DNA of 64,000 nt. It comes from Octopus vulgaris. Its lineage: Eukaryota. The translations under genes and the position numbers were made by a program. This document shows positions 46,211 to 59,695 of the stretch, one piece after another. The notes beneath the pieces were generated by a model. That model saw only the letters and a list, made by a program, of their open reading frames with translations, made no database searches and was not told the origin of the DNA. The stretch spans positions 121,582,001-121,646,000 of the forward strand of contig OX597815.1 in NCBI GenBank assembly GCA_951406725.2, in the 5' to 3' direction. Numbering within the stretch: the stretch's first letter is position 1; each line of letters opens with the position of its first letter.

Positions 46211-48009
46211 GGGAAGTAAATGTAGTGGCTTTATCAAAGAGTAAAAGTGCTACTTATGAAACTCTGTTTGATAAGAGGTTTCAGAAAAGAACGAATGTTG
46301 AGAGGTTAGAAAGCTTGCAGGCCACACACACAAAGACATCCTTTACATTTTTGATTGTCTTCTGGAAGACATAGTGGTGATGGGTAAATACCTTCCATTT
46401 CATGATGGCAGATATCTTCCTCCAGGCAGTGTTCTGTATAGATCAATGATAAGGGATTAGGAATTATGTGTTAGTCATATGATGAATGCCGAGTCATATA
46501 CCTATGAGTCTGGTACTGGTTATCTACTTGTCTTTCCAGATGAGAAGTACATACACTGGTATTCCAAATTTGAAATATTTCATTGGGTGTCTCTGAATTT
46601 TTTTTTTTTTCCTTTTTTTAAGAATAACAAAATATCACTTTTTAACAGTATTGTTCACATTTTTAGCACTCACTTTTCTATGCTACCATTAACTGGATAG
46701 ATAATGGCACATATTGTAATTCCATCTGGTCTTTCGTAATTAGCCAGGTTTAGAATTTAACCTCATGGTTACTCTCAAGAATTGAAAACAAGAAGATTAA
46801 ATAGCTGAAAATACTATTCCACCTCTTCTTTGAGGTTCAGTATCAAGAGATGTGACCTTGCCATTTCCCACACCATCTCTACTCTTCATCTTCTACTGTT
46901 ATCAGCACTGACAGCATGTTGCATGTTTTCAGTTCACACTAACTGTCCATCTACACATGTCTAAACTAGAGCAGCTGTCTCTCCTACACACTTTTGCTAA
47001 TACCTTTAATACTCAGCTGTTATCTCATTTCCCTTGTGCTCTTCCTTTTATTACAAGTTAACATTTCATGTGCAGCAGTTTATGTTCACCTCATTTATTT
47101 CAGTAATAATGCAGATCTTTCTTGCAGTCTCATAACTCTCATACATGCTTCAGGCTGTCTACTTTGTGAACAGATAGAAACTCATTGTTGCCAACAAAGG
47201 TCACATCTCCCCGAACTTCTGCCCCTTTCTTAAATTAGAAGCAATGCTTTTAATTTAGCCACCTCAAGCACTAATTACATTACCTAGGTAATAGAAATTA
47301 TCTACTACATCCAGGGAATCCTTTTATGGGTGCTTCGACTGCTAATGACTCTTGTGCATCTATGTATCTAGCATAAAGGTCCTGCTTCTGTGAAAAAACT
47401 GTTTCATTAAATTTTCCAAGCAATGTTCTTTACAATTTTACACTAATTTATGAATGATATGATTTAGAGAAATTTATGTAATAATGATAATAACCTTTCC
47501 ATTCAGTTCTGTGTATAGCTTACGTATAATAAACGAGATGCTAACCAAGAAATTATATTGTGATGAATTACATGTAATTTTACATTTATGCACTTAGATA
47601 ATAATGGTTGGACTGATCAATTGGCAGTTGTATTAAAATAAGTTATCAATTAATATATTTTGTTTATTCATATTAATATTTTTATTTATTGTAAGAAATA
47701 AGATTTTATGTGAACACAAAATTTCATTTATCTCCTTTGTGTTGCGATACTTATCTATATTATGATTTGCAGTTTTATTATGATAACAAAGCTTTGACAT
47801 CAACCATGAAATGGCTAAAATTATAATTTTTGATTTAGCTAGAAACAGAGTTAAAAAATGATCTGTTCAGTTATTTAGTCTTATCTTTTACTATTCCATT
47901 AATCAGCCATTAAATGAATTTTTGAACATAACTGAAAAACAATTAGAGATGATGTTCTAAAAAACACAAAAACAGTATTGAAAGTGTTGTATTATGTTCT
48001 GAATCTCAC

Positions 48010-48390
48010 TCTGAAACTATGTGATTTTGGTTCAGTCCCAATGCATAGCACTTTGGAGAAGTGTTTTCTACTATAGCCCAAGGGCAACCAATGCCATGTG
48101 AGTGGATTTGGTTGACAAAAACTGTGTAGAAGTTCATCATATGTATATGTATATATATGTGTGTGTCTCTCTCTCTTCATGCATATGCTATGTTTGTTCC
48201 CTACCACCACCACTTGACAATTTGTGTCTGTTTATGTATCTGTAACTTAGCTGTTTAGCAAGAGACCGGTAGAATAAGTATCAAACTTGAAAAAATAATT
48301 AGGTATTAGGGTTAATCTGCTCAATTAAAACCTTCAAGGTGATGTCCCAGCAGGGCTGCAGGCCAACGTCTGAAACAAAATAAAATATAA
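48010..48390 (+). mobile_element. SINE family A, diverged
   Basis: GGTTCAGTCCC head through TGAAACAAAATAAAA tail. Confidence 0.75.
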
Positions 48391-48403
48391 AGATATATAT
48401 TAA

Positions 48404-48434
<31 letters not shown>

Positions 48435-48443
48435 GCATATATG

Positions 48444-48589
48444 GGACGTCACCAGCTGTTTAAACAACATGAAATACATAGACAAACAAGTTAAATACGT
48501 AAACAACAAGGGTTCTATTTTTTCTCTTGTTTACTTATTTAACTTGTTTGTCTACATATTTCATGTTGTTTACACAGTTGGTGACGTCC
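48444..48589. repeat. Inverted repeat with 63-bp arms, between (TA)n tracts
   Basis: 48444-48506 versus the reverse complement of 48527-48589, about 5 mismatches. Confidence 0.85.
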
Positions 48590-48672
48590 TGTACGTATAT
48601 ATGCACACACACACATATATATATTATTTCATCATCATCATCATCAATTGAATGCCATGCATCCATTTCCAA

Positions 48673-48712
<40 letters not shown>

Positions 48713-48808
48713 CGGGAAAGTTTACGAAAATAAACAAAAGACGAAGGCAGGTGGAGTACAAACAAACAAATGTATTAGTATAGCGCTCAGGAATAGAAAT
48801 AGAAAAAA

Positions 48809-48846
48809 TCTTTTACGTTTCGAGCCTACGCTCTTCGACAGAAAGA
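48809..48846 (-). ncRNA. Minimal variant type I hammerhead motif in a Penelope-like fragment (48711-48893)
   Basis: Minus strand TCTTT-CTGTCGA-A-GAGC-GTAG-GCTC-GAAA-CG-TA-AAAGA. The core deviates from CUGANGA at A6. Confidence 0.5.
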
Positions 48847-50183
48847 TACACAGAAAAAAACAAGGAGAGAAAAAATGCATGTAGGAGCCAACGATATATA
48901 TATATATTCTTTCTTTTGAGTCCTCAATTCCATAAGATGCTGTTTTGGGCTATTTTAAAATCTGGCTGACCCATGTCCTCTGCAGGTTTGACCACCACAC
49001 ACAGTTTCTTTTAGAAAAAGGAGAAACAGACAGACAGAGAAAGAAAGAAAGAGAGTGGGAGAGATGAATTGGTACCAGTACAGGACTGGTATTTTATTTC
49101 TTGATCTCTGAAAGGATGAAAGGCGAAGTTTTGAACAAAATTTTAAACCAAGAGCCCAAACAGATAGAACAATTACCACCAGGCATTTTATCTGATGCGC
49201 CATCGACTTGGCCAAATCACTACCTTAAACACACACACCTAAAGTATCAAAAAGAAATAATTATATGATTGTATTGCTTTTTCTTTTCTGTTTTCGTTAA
49301 GACCCAGAGATAAAAATACTAATATACAGATCTTACTTGCTATCATGTGACTTGATTTGCTCTTGGGCATCCAATGCTGCTTATCTGTTTGATAAGCAGC
49401 TACTTAAAGGAGATATACTAAGTCACACTTAAGGCACTTGATTTAATCTTGAAATTTTAGTTGGGTTTCTTTTATTGCATACTGTTGAGTATTTTTAAAA
49501 GGTAGAAAAAAAAAAGAAATGAAATAAAATATCAATCAGGAAATGTCTGTTGAGAGATGTTTAAGATAAATTATACAAATATTATACTGTATAAATATTA
49601 TGCTTTGCCATACACAAAACGATCACATTATATCTTGTAAGCAAATGTTTTCTCTTTGATAGGATTTGTAAGCAAGTCAATTGTTTAACTTCATTTATCA
49701 AGATTAACAACAACAACAATAATAATAATTATCAACTGCATATATTCAATGTATGTGTTTTGCTTGTTCACCAGTTTGCTATGGTATAGCACTTTGGAGA
49801 CAACTCTCTCATAGCACTGGGTTGTAAAACACCTGAAAGTCATAGACAAGTGAGACAACTTGCCTCCAGTCACATTTAGGAATGCTGCTATTTTGCCAGT
49901 GCTATGGGGGACTTGTCCCTAAGGCATTATACTGCCGTCAACCAGTGAACAAGCAAACCAATACATTATGTGCAATCAATAATGTTTACAACATTAGTGC
50001 TGCTTTTAATTTGTAATTGAATAAAGATAATTGTTTCAAATTTTGGCATAAGATCAAGAATTTTGTGGGAGAGAGTATGTCGATTACATCAACCCCAATA
50101 CTCAGCAGGTGCTCATTTTGTCAACTCCAAAAAGATGAAAGGCAAAGTGGACTGTGGTGGAATTTGAACTCAAAACATAGCAA

Positions 50184-50570
50184 ATAGTGATTGTAGGAGC
50201 ATTTGGAATTATCAAAAAAGCAACTGAAAATTATTTAAGAATGATCCATGGGTTACCATCCATGCAGGAAATGCAAAAGATTGTCTTAACTGGTACATCG
50301 CACATATTGGGAAGAGCATTTTCACTGTAAATTTTCTTTCCTTTTTTTCCCCCCTTTATCTGTTTATTTTTCTCTTTTTCTCTCTGTCTTCCCCTTTTCG
50401 TCTATCACATGACTTTGTAAATGAACAACTTGGTGTGTTTATTTTAATGGCCTACCAATCTATACAGTTCTTTCCTCTGCCATAGGTGCCAGGAAGACAC
50501 TCGGCAAGAAATGGAAACAGAATTGAAAGAAGATGCTAATGAAAATAACAACAACAATAATAATAATAAT
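50184..50570 (+). mobile_element. R4/Dong-like (restriction-like endonuclease) LINE 3' end, copy 1
   Basis: 50184-50330 reads IVIVGAFGIIKKATENYLRMIHGLPSMQEMQKIVLTGTSHILGRAFSL*, like the R4-clade IV.GALG...QK..L.GT..ILR end. It finishes in (AAC)(AAT)n. Confidence 0.75.
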
Positions 50571-51165
50571 TATTATTATTGTTGTTGTTTTTATCATCAT
50601 CCTTTCTACTATGGGCACAAGGCCTGAAATTTGGTGGATGGGAGCTAGTTGATTACTTCAACTCCCAGTATTCAATTAGCACTCATTCCATTGACCCCCA
50701 AAAAGATGAAAGGCAAAGTTGATCTTGGTGGAATTTGAATACAAAATGTAATGAGTTGGAAGAAATGAAACAAAGCATTTTTTTGTACATGCCAATAATT
50801 CTGCAGCTTGCTACTTAAGAATAGTAGTAATAATAATAATAATAATTATCGTTTAATGTCCTCTTTTCATGCTGGCATGGGTTGGATGGTCTGACAGGAG
50901 CTGGCCAGGTAGAAGTCCTGCACCGTACTTCTGTGTCTGTTCTGGCATGTTTTTTTTTTTTACAGCTGGATGCTCTTCCTAGCACCAATCACTCTGCAGA
51001 GTGGGCTAATGATAATAATAATAATGATTTCAAATTTTAACACAAAGTCAGTACTTTTGAGGCAGCAGGTAAGTTAATTACATCGACTCCAGTGCTTTGC
51101 TGGTACTTAATTAATCAACCCTGAAGAGAAGAAATGCAAAATCAACCTCAAATAATAATAATAAT

Positions 51166-51463
51166 CCCTGGCTTACCGTCCATGCAGGAAGTTCAAAAGA
51201 TTGTCTTAACTGGTATGTCGCACATATTGGGAAGAGCATTTTCACTGTAAATTTTCTTTCCTTTTTTTTTCCCCCTTTATTTTTTTCCTTTTTCTCTCTG
51301 TCTTCCCCTTTTCCTCTATCACATGACTCTGTAAATGAACAACTTGGTGTACTTGTTTTAATGGCCTACCAATGTATACAATATGTTCCTCTGCCCTAGG
51401 TGTCAGGAAGACACTCGGCAAGAAATGGAAACAGAATTGACAAAAGATGAAAATGATAACAAT
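51166..51463 (+). mobile_element. R4/Dong-like LINE 3' end, copy 2 (shorter)
   Basis: Closely similar to 50250-50550; preceded by (AAT)5. Confidence 0.75.
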
Positions 51464-51697
51464 ATTTTTATTTTAATACATAGGATAACCCTGCCAAGCT
51501 ACTTGTATGTAATTTTTGTGCTAGAGAGAAGGCTGGACCATTTTCGTCGTGAATACATCTATTTTACTTTGCCTTTGGAGATATATTTAGATATATTTCT
51601 TTTTGTATAATTTTATGAAAATTACCTATTTCTTTTTTGTTTCTCATAAGAGTGTTCCATCTTCTTTGATGGAGAAACATCAGTTCACCTTGTCTCT

Positions 51698-51853
51698 AAA
51701 GGCTTCATAAATTGAAATGCAGAAGTCAACTGCTTAAAGTCTTCAGAACAGAATTAAATTCAAACGTCATCCTTTAAAGGCTTCGTAGCATTATCAAATA
51801 CAAAAATCAACCTCCAATGGCTTCACAGCAAAATTAAATGCTAAAGTCAACTT
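51698..51853 (+). repeat. Degenerate 38-40-bp minisatellite, 4 units
   Basis: Units AAAGGCTTCA...AAAT.CA.AAGTCAAC start near 51698, 51736, 51776 and 51816. Confidence 0.6.
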
Positions 51854-54001
51854 AAATTAGTAATTTCATTTGTTAAATGGAATGCTGTGTCTTAAATTTG
51901 CTTTAGAGAATTGCAATTATTCAAAAACAGACTAAAAAAATGCTTCAACTTGCTTGCTCAATCTGCTCAAAATGACAACTTCCTTCAAATCAAACCCTAC
52001 TGTTTTACTGAAGGGAATCTTTGATAATGTGATCTTGGATTTCCTGCACATGCAGATAAGATGAGATGTTCATGGTTGGAATGCTTTTAATCATAGTTCT
52101 ACTTGATCAGGGCTCACTTGCGGCTGAACAACAACATTTATTAATGTAAATCAGTTTTATTCTGAATTGCTGCCAGAGAACTACATTTTGTTCATACCTC
52201 TTAATTTTTGCATGGTTTCTATGGCTGGATGATCTTTCTAACACCAACAACCTTACAAAGTGTACTTGGTGTTTTATCATGGCACCAGTACTAGAGAAGC
52301 TGTCATATACTTGGCAACTCTAAAAGACCTGCACAACTCAGAAAGTATGATGAAGAAGGGTATCAAAAGAAATAGCAATGACAGAAGGACTACAATGAGT
52401 GAGTGAGTAGGTGAAAGGCAGAGGTGTGTATGATGGGAGAAACAGTAATTGAAATGTAAAGGCAGTTGAGTGGCAGAAATAGTAGCTTTGAATTAATTTA
52501 AAATTGAAAAATGGAAATTGTGTGAATAACTATCTCATTCAAAATTGGAGTATAAAATTGGCAATCGACCAGAAGTTCAAACAACTGCTTATAAAAAATA
52601 TCTGATAGCATAAAATAAAATGGAAATATTTGCAGATTTTATTAACTAAAAGTATTATAATAACACTTTCCACTTAAAGTAGATGTAATTATATATATGA
52701 TATGTACATATATGTATATTTATATGTATATAATTTTTTAATCTGAAAACTTGGGTTGAATCATTATTTTATTCTGCTTCTATTGTTAAATCATGCAAAT
52801 ATCTTTCAAAACTACATTAACAAAATCCTGTTTGTTCATTGGTGGATAATAATATCTAAACAAAATATTTCAAGTGCATAAAATGGGAAAATTTTCAAGA
52901 ATTAGTGATCAGAATAATTGTAGCTGCCATATATCTTTCCATATGTCCAGAGAGCTACAACAGTTGAAACCAACTAAAGGGGATTGTGTGTAATAATTAC
53001 AAATAGTTCAAACAGTGTAATAAATTGTATGCCATGAGGAAGAAAAGTCTAATGTTTTGGCCCGATGCAGAACATTAATAGTTTGCTCAGATTCTGCTGT
53101 TTTACTGTATAATAATTATCCAAGTCAGTTTTGCGTATAATATTGAATGCTTTGTGAGCTTTTAAATAAAATAAATAGAAACTATACAAATCTTCATATA
53201 AATTAATATTGAAAAATTGCTTAAGCAGAAAATTGGGGAAAGTTACAATATATATTTGCTTACTATATTTTTATTTATATTTCTAATAAAAAACATTTTG
53301 GAAATTTGGAGACATTTGAAGTCAAATGTTTTGTTCAAACCAATTTTATTCTCAACTTTATCATTTATTTTGTAAGACAATGAATTTGTCTATACGATTT
53401 TAGTAACTTATCTCCTTTGAAATTCCTCTTTATTGTTATGTAGGAAAGAAATACTTCCAGAAGCTTTATTCAGTAATCCCAGTCTGTCGCTGTTCTTGTT
53501 GTAGACCAAAAGTTGTTCTTTTTTTTATTTGATTGAAGAGCTAATGCATCATACTGTGCACAATGTCTGATACTGTATTTAAAACATTACATGTATATAC
53601 ACATGACAAATTCTAGAACATTCTCTACAGTTTAGAGTTCCAAACATTGGAGGAATATGTACAACATGTTAGCTTCAACATAAAATATTATTAGTTGGTA
53701 TACAGATTCTAATGTTTAGTTGTGGCTTCTCATCAATAATAACAGAAAAATCACAAGGTGTACATACATCAAAAGTACTATTTTTATCTTCATACTTTAA
53801 TAAATTTTCATGTAATTCTTCATTCTTTTAAGTTTTATTTGGGTAACTTGCAAGAATGAAGGTGCATGGCTTAGTGGTTAGTGTGTTAGTGTGTTACATT
53901 CATGACCATGGTTCATGCTTTCAATTTTGGACTGAAAAGGGTGTTGTATTCTCAGGCAAGACACTTCATTTCATGTTGCTCCAGTCTGCTCAACTGTAAA
54001 T

Positions 54002-54205
54002 TTACTTGTTTCAGTCATTTGACTGCACTCATGCTGGAGCACCACCTTTAGTCAAACAAATTGACCCTAGGACTTATTCTTTGTAAGCCTAGTACTTATT
54101 CTATCGGTCTCTTTTGCTGAACTGCTGAGTTACAGGAACATAAGCACACCAACATCAGTTAGCAAGTGATGGTGGGGGGACAAACACAGACACGCAAACA
54201 CACAG

Positions 54206-54248
<43 letters not shown>

Positions 54249-54418
54249 CACATACACATGATGGGCTTCTTTCAGTTTCCATCTACCAAATCTACTCACA
54301 GGGTTTTGGTCGGCCTGAGGCTATAGTAGAAGATGCCTAAGGTGCCATGCAATGGGACTGAACTTGGAATCATGTGGTTGATAAGCAAGTTACTTACCAC
54401 ATAGCCACTTCTACACCT
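54002..54418 (-). mobile_element. SINE family A, full length
   Basis: Similar to 5612-5996. Confidence 0.85.
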
Positions 54419-55840
54419 ATGAAAATTCTCGATGTTTAAAGCTAAATTGCATAAACTGTAAGGTCTCCCACAAAGTCATTAAGTCACTTGAATTGGTCAT
54501 TGTTGTCTGAATTGTATGGAATGGGACATTGTCACTGATTTATTCCCAATTTTAATTTTAAGAATTCTGATGTCTTAAACTGAGATTCTAGTTCACATGC
54601 ATGTAAGTTGTATTCACAAATAAAACAAATAATTGAGTCTATGATTTAATTATTGTTGTATCACTGATACCAACAGGGATAGGCTAATGTGAATCTTGTG
54701 TACTCATCAACAATAAGCAAAATGTACTTAATTTCTTATTCTTTGTACAAGGTTCCTTTAGCCCCATGATGTCAATTGATCATCTTCCCAGTAGCTGGAA
54801 TTGTGCATATCAGCACCTTACATTGCAAGAAGTACAATGCAAAAGAACCAATCTGATGATACAGTAATCAATAATCTTAGCTTTAAATTCATAGAATCTT
54901 CTAGAATCTCATTAGGAAGATGTTCTTTATGGAGTAAGTAATTTGGTTCTCTTTGTGTTACCTGCAACACTCACCATCTTTCTTTAGATGCTATTCTTCA
55001 ACTACTTTCTTAGCTAATTTCTCTTATCCTTATCTTTTAAAAATGACATGCATGTAAACATAATCTTTAAGTAGAAAACGCTGAATGACTGTAATGTAAT
55101 GAAAGTTTTCTTAAGTTCAGTAAAGTAATTGAGTGGTAGATACTGTCTTTAGTTTAATGATTTCTGACAATTTCCCAAATCTCAGGTTCAATAGTTAAGC
55201 TTATGGAATCGGACTTAACAATTGTTGACTCAATTCCAGATCACTATAATACTCCTCACTTTCATTCTTTCTTTCTTTCTTTCATGATAATGCTATTTCT
55301 CAAGAGAGAGTGAGTGGGAGGAGGACTTTTTGATTAATAGTAACAGTGAGATTGTTTCACCATAGCTCTGCTTTACCTATCTCGCCCATTGATCAAACAG
55401 TAATATCAAACAATTCAAAAACACTCCATTATTATGCTAAAATATATAAACATAAATCTAATTTCAGATTAATGTTGTGCTGTTACTTTTAAGCTTTTGT
55501 TAATTTTACTGTCATACTTTTTTGTTCTTCTTGAGGAAAGGTGAATGTTGTGGTCCTACTTTCTTTTAAATATGTTGTATACATAATGTAATAGATGAGT
55601 TCTCTCCCTTATTTAAACTAGGTTTTGTGTTTTGTTATGTATCATGTGCTGAGTGAGTTCACTTCCTTATATAGACTAGATATCAAGTTTTACCATTTAG
55701 TGAATAAAATCCTTGGTTTATTGATCTCTAATTGTTACTTCTTACAACATGTACCATGAAAGGTATTCTTCACTCAGCTGGAATGATTTGAATGATTCCT
55801 TATGACACATTGATACAGCAAGGACTTTGATAACTACTAT

Positions 55841-56060
55841 AAGGTGGTGAGCTGGCCAAAATGTTAGCATGCCGGGCGAAATGCTTAGCAGTATTTCGTC
55901 TGTCTTTAAATTCCGAGTTCAAATTCCGCTGAGGTTGACTTTGCTTTTCATCCTTTCAGGGTCAATAAATTAAGTTGCATACTGGGGTCGATCTAATCAA
56001 CTGCCCCCCCTCTGCCCCAAAAATTTCGGGCCTTGTGCCTAGAGTAGAAAAGATTATCTA
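55841..56060 (+). mobile_element. SINE family B (tRNA-derived, Meta-domain-like), low divergence
   Basis: GAGTTCAAATTCC B-box, then GGTTGACTTTGCTTTTCATCCTTTCAGGGTCAATAAATTAAGT. Other copies near 24200, 26365, 49055, 50030, 50600 and 51025. Confidence 0.8.
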
Positions 56061-59009
56061 TAACTACTATGGACACCACCAAAATTTTCTATACTCCTTA
56101 TCACTACCACATCATTGTCGTCATCAACCCTTCTTCACTCACTCTAGTCATACTCAACAACACTGTCTACTAAAACTACTGAAATCAACACACCAACACC
56201 ATGCTCATCTTCTGGGCATTCTTGCTACATAAATTTGTAATTCTCTTCTTGACTTCCTTCACCACTCCCCTTCCATCTTGTCTTTGGCACACACTTCATG
56301 TCCACTCTTCTTCCAATCAGTGCCTCCACCACTTACCCTGATCTCTTTTTCATCATTCCTGTATTCCACACCCCAAACCTTATATACCAGTCTCCACAAG
56401 GGACATCATAAAGAGAGTGACTTACTTTGGCCAGGTTTCCTCGTTGTTTTGACCAGAAGGAGTGGAATTCCAATGGAATTCTTTGGGCTGTACTCTACCT
56501 ACAATGTAATCATTTCCAACATTTAACTAGCACCATAATGCATATTCTTATTATTAATTTCAAATTACATTTATCAATTTGTGTTGCAAGATTCTTGATG
56601 TGAAACTGCGTGTTGCAACAGATATTGTTGTACATGGGATGGTCATTTTTTTTTTTGCCAAATAAACATGCAATGGACATAAGTTAAAATAATAAAAAAA
56701 AAACAGTAATAAATGAGTGAAGAAAATATATAGTATGTGTGTTTATTTGACAAAAAAAAATAGGATCAACCTGAAATAAATAATTTCAAATTCTTACATT
56801 AATATTGTGTCCCTTCAACAAATGGAAACTAATCCTTATAGAAGTATTATTATGAAGGACTTAAATGTAGATCATTGTTATTATCATTACTAACATCCAA
56901 TTTTCCATACTTGCATGGGTCAGATGGATTTTGTTGAGGCAGGTTTTCTGCAGCCCAGTATCTTTCCTGTTACCAATCCTCACCTGTTTCAAAACAAGGT
57001 CATATTTTCCTGTAGCCAGACAGGTTTTTTACAGATGACTAGAAACAAACATCACCACTTGTATGACAGTGATACTCATTTATACTGCACTTAAGTTGCA
57101 TAAATTGAATTTTATAGTATAACATCATTAATAAATTACCAAGTACAAAAACATATGTAACAGATGAAATAAAAGAACAGAGTTCATGCCCCTGTTATTT
57201 TCATCACACATACACACAACAGGTTTTTTTTTTTAGTTTCCATCCACCAAACCCACTCACAAGGTTTTGGTCAACCAAAAGCTATAGTGGAAGGTATGGT
57301 TAATGGTGCTGTACAATGAGTCTGAATGGGAAATATAATTAAATTTGTAAAACTTGAAAAATTAGAGCCTCCCTTTAAATCCTTTTCAGGAGCAGTTTCT
57401 TTTCTCAAACATTGCTTTACATCTCTTTAGATATATTTAGATGATATATGTCACCATTCTATTCCGCACAGTACCATTTGAAGTTATTTGTATTTTCGAA
57501 ATAATACAACACATATTTATTTTAAAAAGTATCAGTATTTTTGTCAATAATATTTGGCGCATTTCATTTTTTTTTTTGTTTTGTTTATGGTTTTGTTTCC
57601 TAGTATTTTTTAAAATTATGTCAATTTTATCAATTAATAGTTTTAACAGCAAAAATATTGACTTGTTTGTTTTCATTTTATAATTTAGCCAGAATATTTC
57701 TGTAGGATATCAACATATTTCAAGTAGAGAAAGAATGAGCAAGCAAAGCAGAGATAGTCTTGTGCTAATTTTTAAACTTCTTTCTAAACATGAAATAGAA
57801 AAATAAATGAAAAATAGTTGATATGGTATTTACAAACCAATACTTTTCTATGCTATTGATGAGCAGCTGAGGAACAAGATAATTCATTTCATGGTTTTAT
57901 TCTTTCCCTAGAAATATTTAAATAGTTTTTAAAGTTAAGAGCATCAAAATGTCAATAATTAGCTCTTAATTTATGGATAGATGCATAAAATTCAGTTTAA
58001 ATGTAAAATGATTACAAAAGTATTGCATATGATTATTATGCAATATTGATCTCATTTTATATCGGCATTTTAAGATTTACACCAATATTGCTAAATGATA
58101 TTTTAAAATTAAATTTGGAAGTTCTATAATTGTGTCATCATTTCATGTCTGATTTTTCCATGCTTACATGGGTCAAATGGAATTTGTTAAGGTAGATGTT
58201 TTACAGTCAGATACTCTTCCTGTCCCCAACTCTTGCCTGTTTCCAAACATGGTAATACTCCCAATGGCCAGACATGTTTTTCTACAGAAGACTGGAAGTA
58301 AACAACATTACCTACACGATACCCAGTTCCAACCAACACGTGGTGTCAGGACAAGGACACACGCACACATTTATATGATAGGCTTCTTTCAGTTACCATC
58401 TACCAAATCCAGTCACCAAGCATTGATCTGCTCAGGGCTATTGAAGCCACTTGCCCAAGGTGTCACACAGTGAAACTGAACCTGAGATTACATGATTGGG
58501 AAACAAGTTTGACAACCACACAATCAAGCCTGCACTGGTGTGCATGTGTAAAGGTGTATACATGAGTTGGTATTGATGTGTTTGTGTGATGCCAAGTCCA
58601 AGAGAGGATGCTAGTTGTGAAGATTCATTACCAAAATATTTTCACCAGTTCCTGCATTTGTTTTCTTTATAGTGATGGCATTACTCTAAGCATGGTCTGC
58701 ATCCTTATCAGCATGTATAGATAGACTGTAAGAGCCTATCTATACATACAATACAGATTTACTAATGAGAATCAACACAAAAGTAGCATGCATCAGCACT
58801 TGCAGGATGGTTGTTTTCACTGCCTCAATTTCAGAATGGGAAATATTTGGTTGATATAAAACAAAATTGTTTGAGACGACTAGTCACAGAATTTCTCAGC
58901 TGTCCTTACTTCCTAAGTTTGGCTTGTTATGATGTGTGTGTTTGTATTTTTATAATGTATATATGAGTGTCTGTATGTATGACGTGTGTGATAAATATAT
59001 ATATATATA

Positions 59010-59695
59010 AATTTATATATAGAGGGCATTATTATACATACATGCCACACGCTAAGAGGGACATTAGTCATTTCTACCAAAAATTTTATTAATCATACCC
59101 AATGCAATTTTTCAAAGCAAGACATTTAAAAAAATGAATTTAGTCTTGTATCACCTGTGATTTCGTACTTACCGCAGTTGCGACCGATTCCTTATTAAGA
59201 AGTTATCCTTAATTGTTAAATAATTTTATTCCGAAAAATCTTTTCCTATCCGAAATGCAATTCGAAGAAGCCTGCCATTTACCGAATGTATTATATGTAA
59301 ACTTCCCCATGTGCTTCGTTGGAGTGGAACAGATGGCTGTTCGGCTTTGCAGGTACAGGTCGTTTATTTATGATATGTTCAGAATCAGTCTTGCTGATGA
59401 GTACGGTCGCAACTGCGGTAAGTACGAAATCACAGGTGATACAAGACTAAATTCATTTTTTTAAATGTCATGCTTTGAAAAATTGCATTGGGTATGATTA
59501 GTAAAATTTTTGGTAGAAATGACTAATGTCCCTCTTAGCGTGTGGCATGTATGTATAATAATGCCCTCTATATATAAATTAATATGTTCAATAACAAAGA
59601 ATTATTTTCGAAATTTTTCTCTTATGAGGTTTTTCACGCTATCTACCTGATAATTTCTTGTTAAGATTCCTTATTAAGAAGTTATCCTTAATTGT

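Noticed and set aside
53444-53476. Possible next ANKIB1 exon (TAG|GAAAGAAATACT, ERNT...)
   Set aside because: Continues SRSFIQ then a stop, with no PLHYAA ankyrin motif.
58713-58747. 12-bp hairpin ATGTATAGATAG/CTATCTATACAT
   Set aside because: Short and low complexity; expected by chance in AT-rich DNA.
59213-59464. 83-aa ORF across the hammerhead element
   Set aside because: Non-ATG start and no recognisable motif; the region is better explained as structured RNA.
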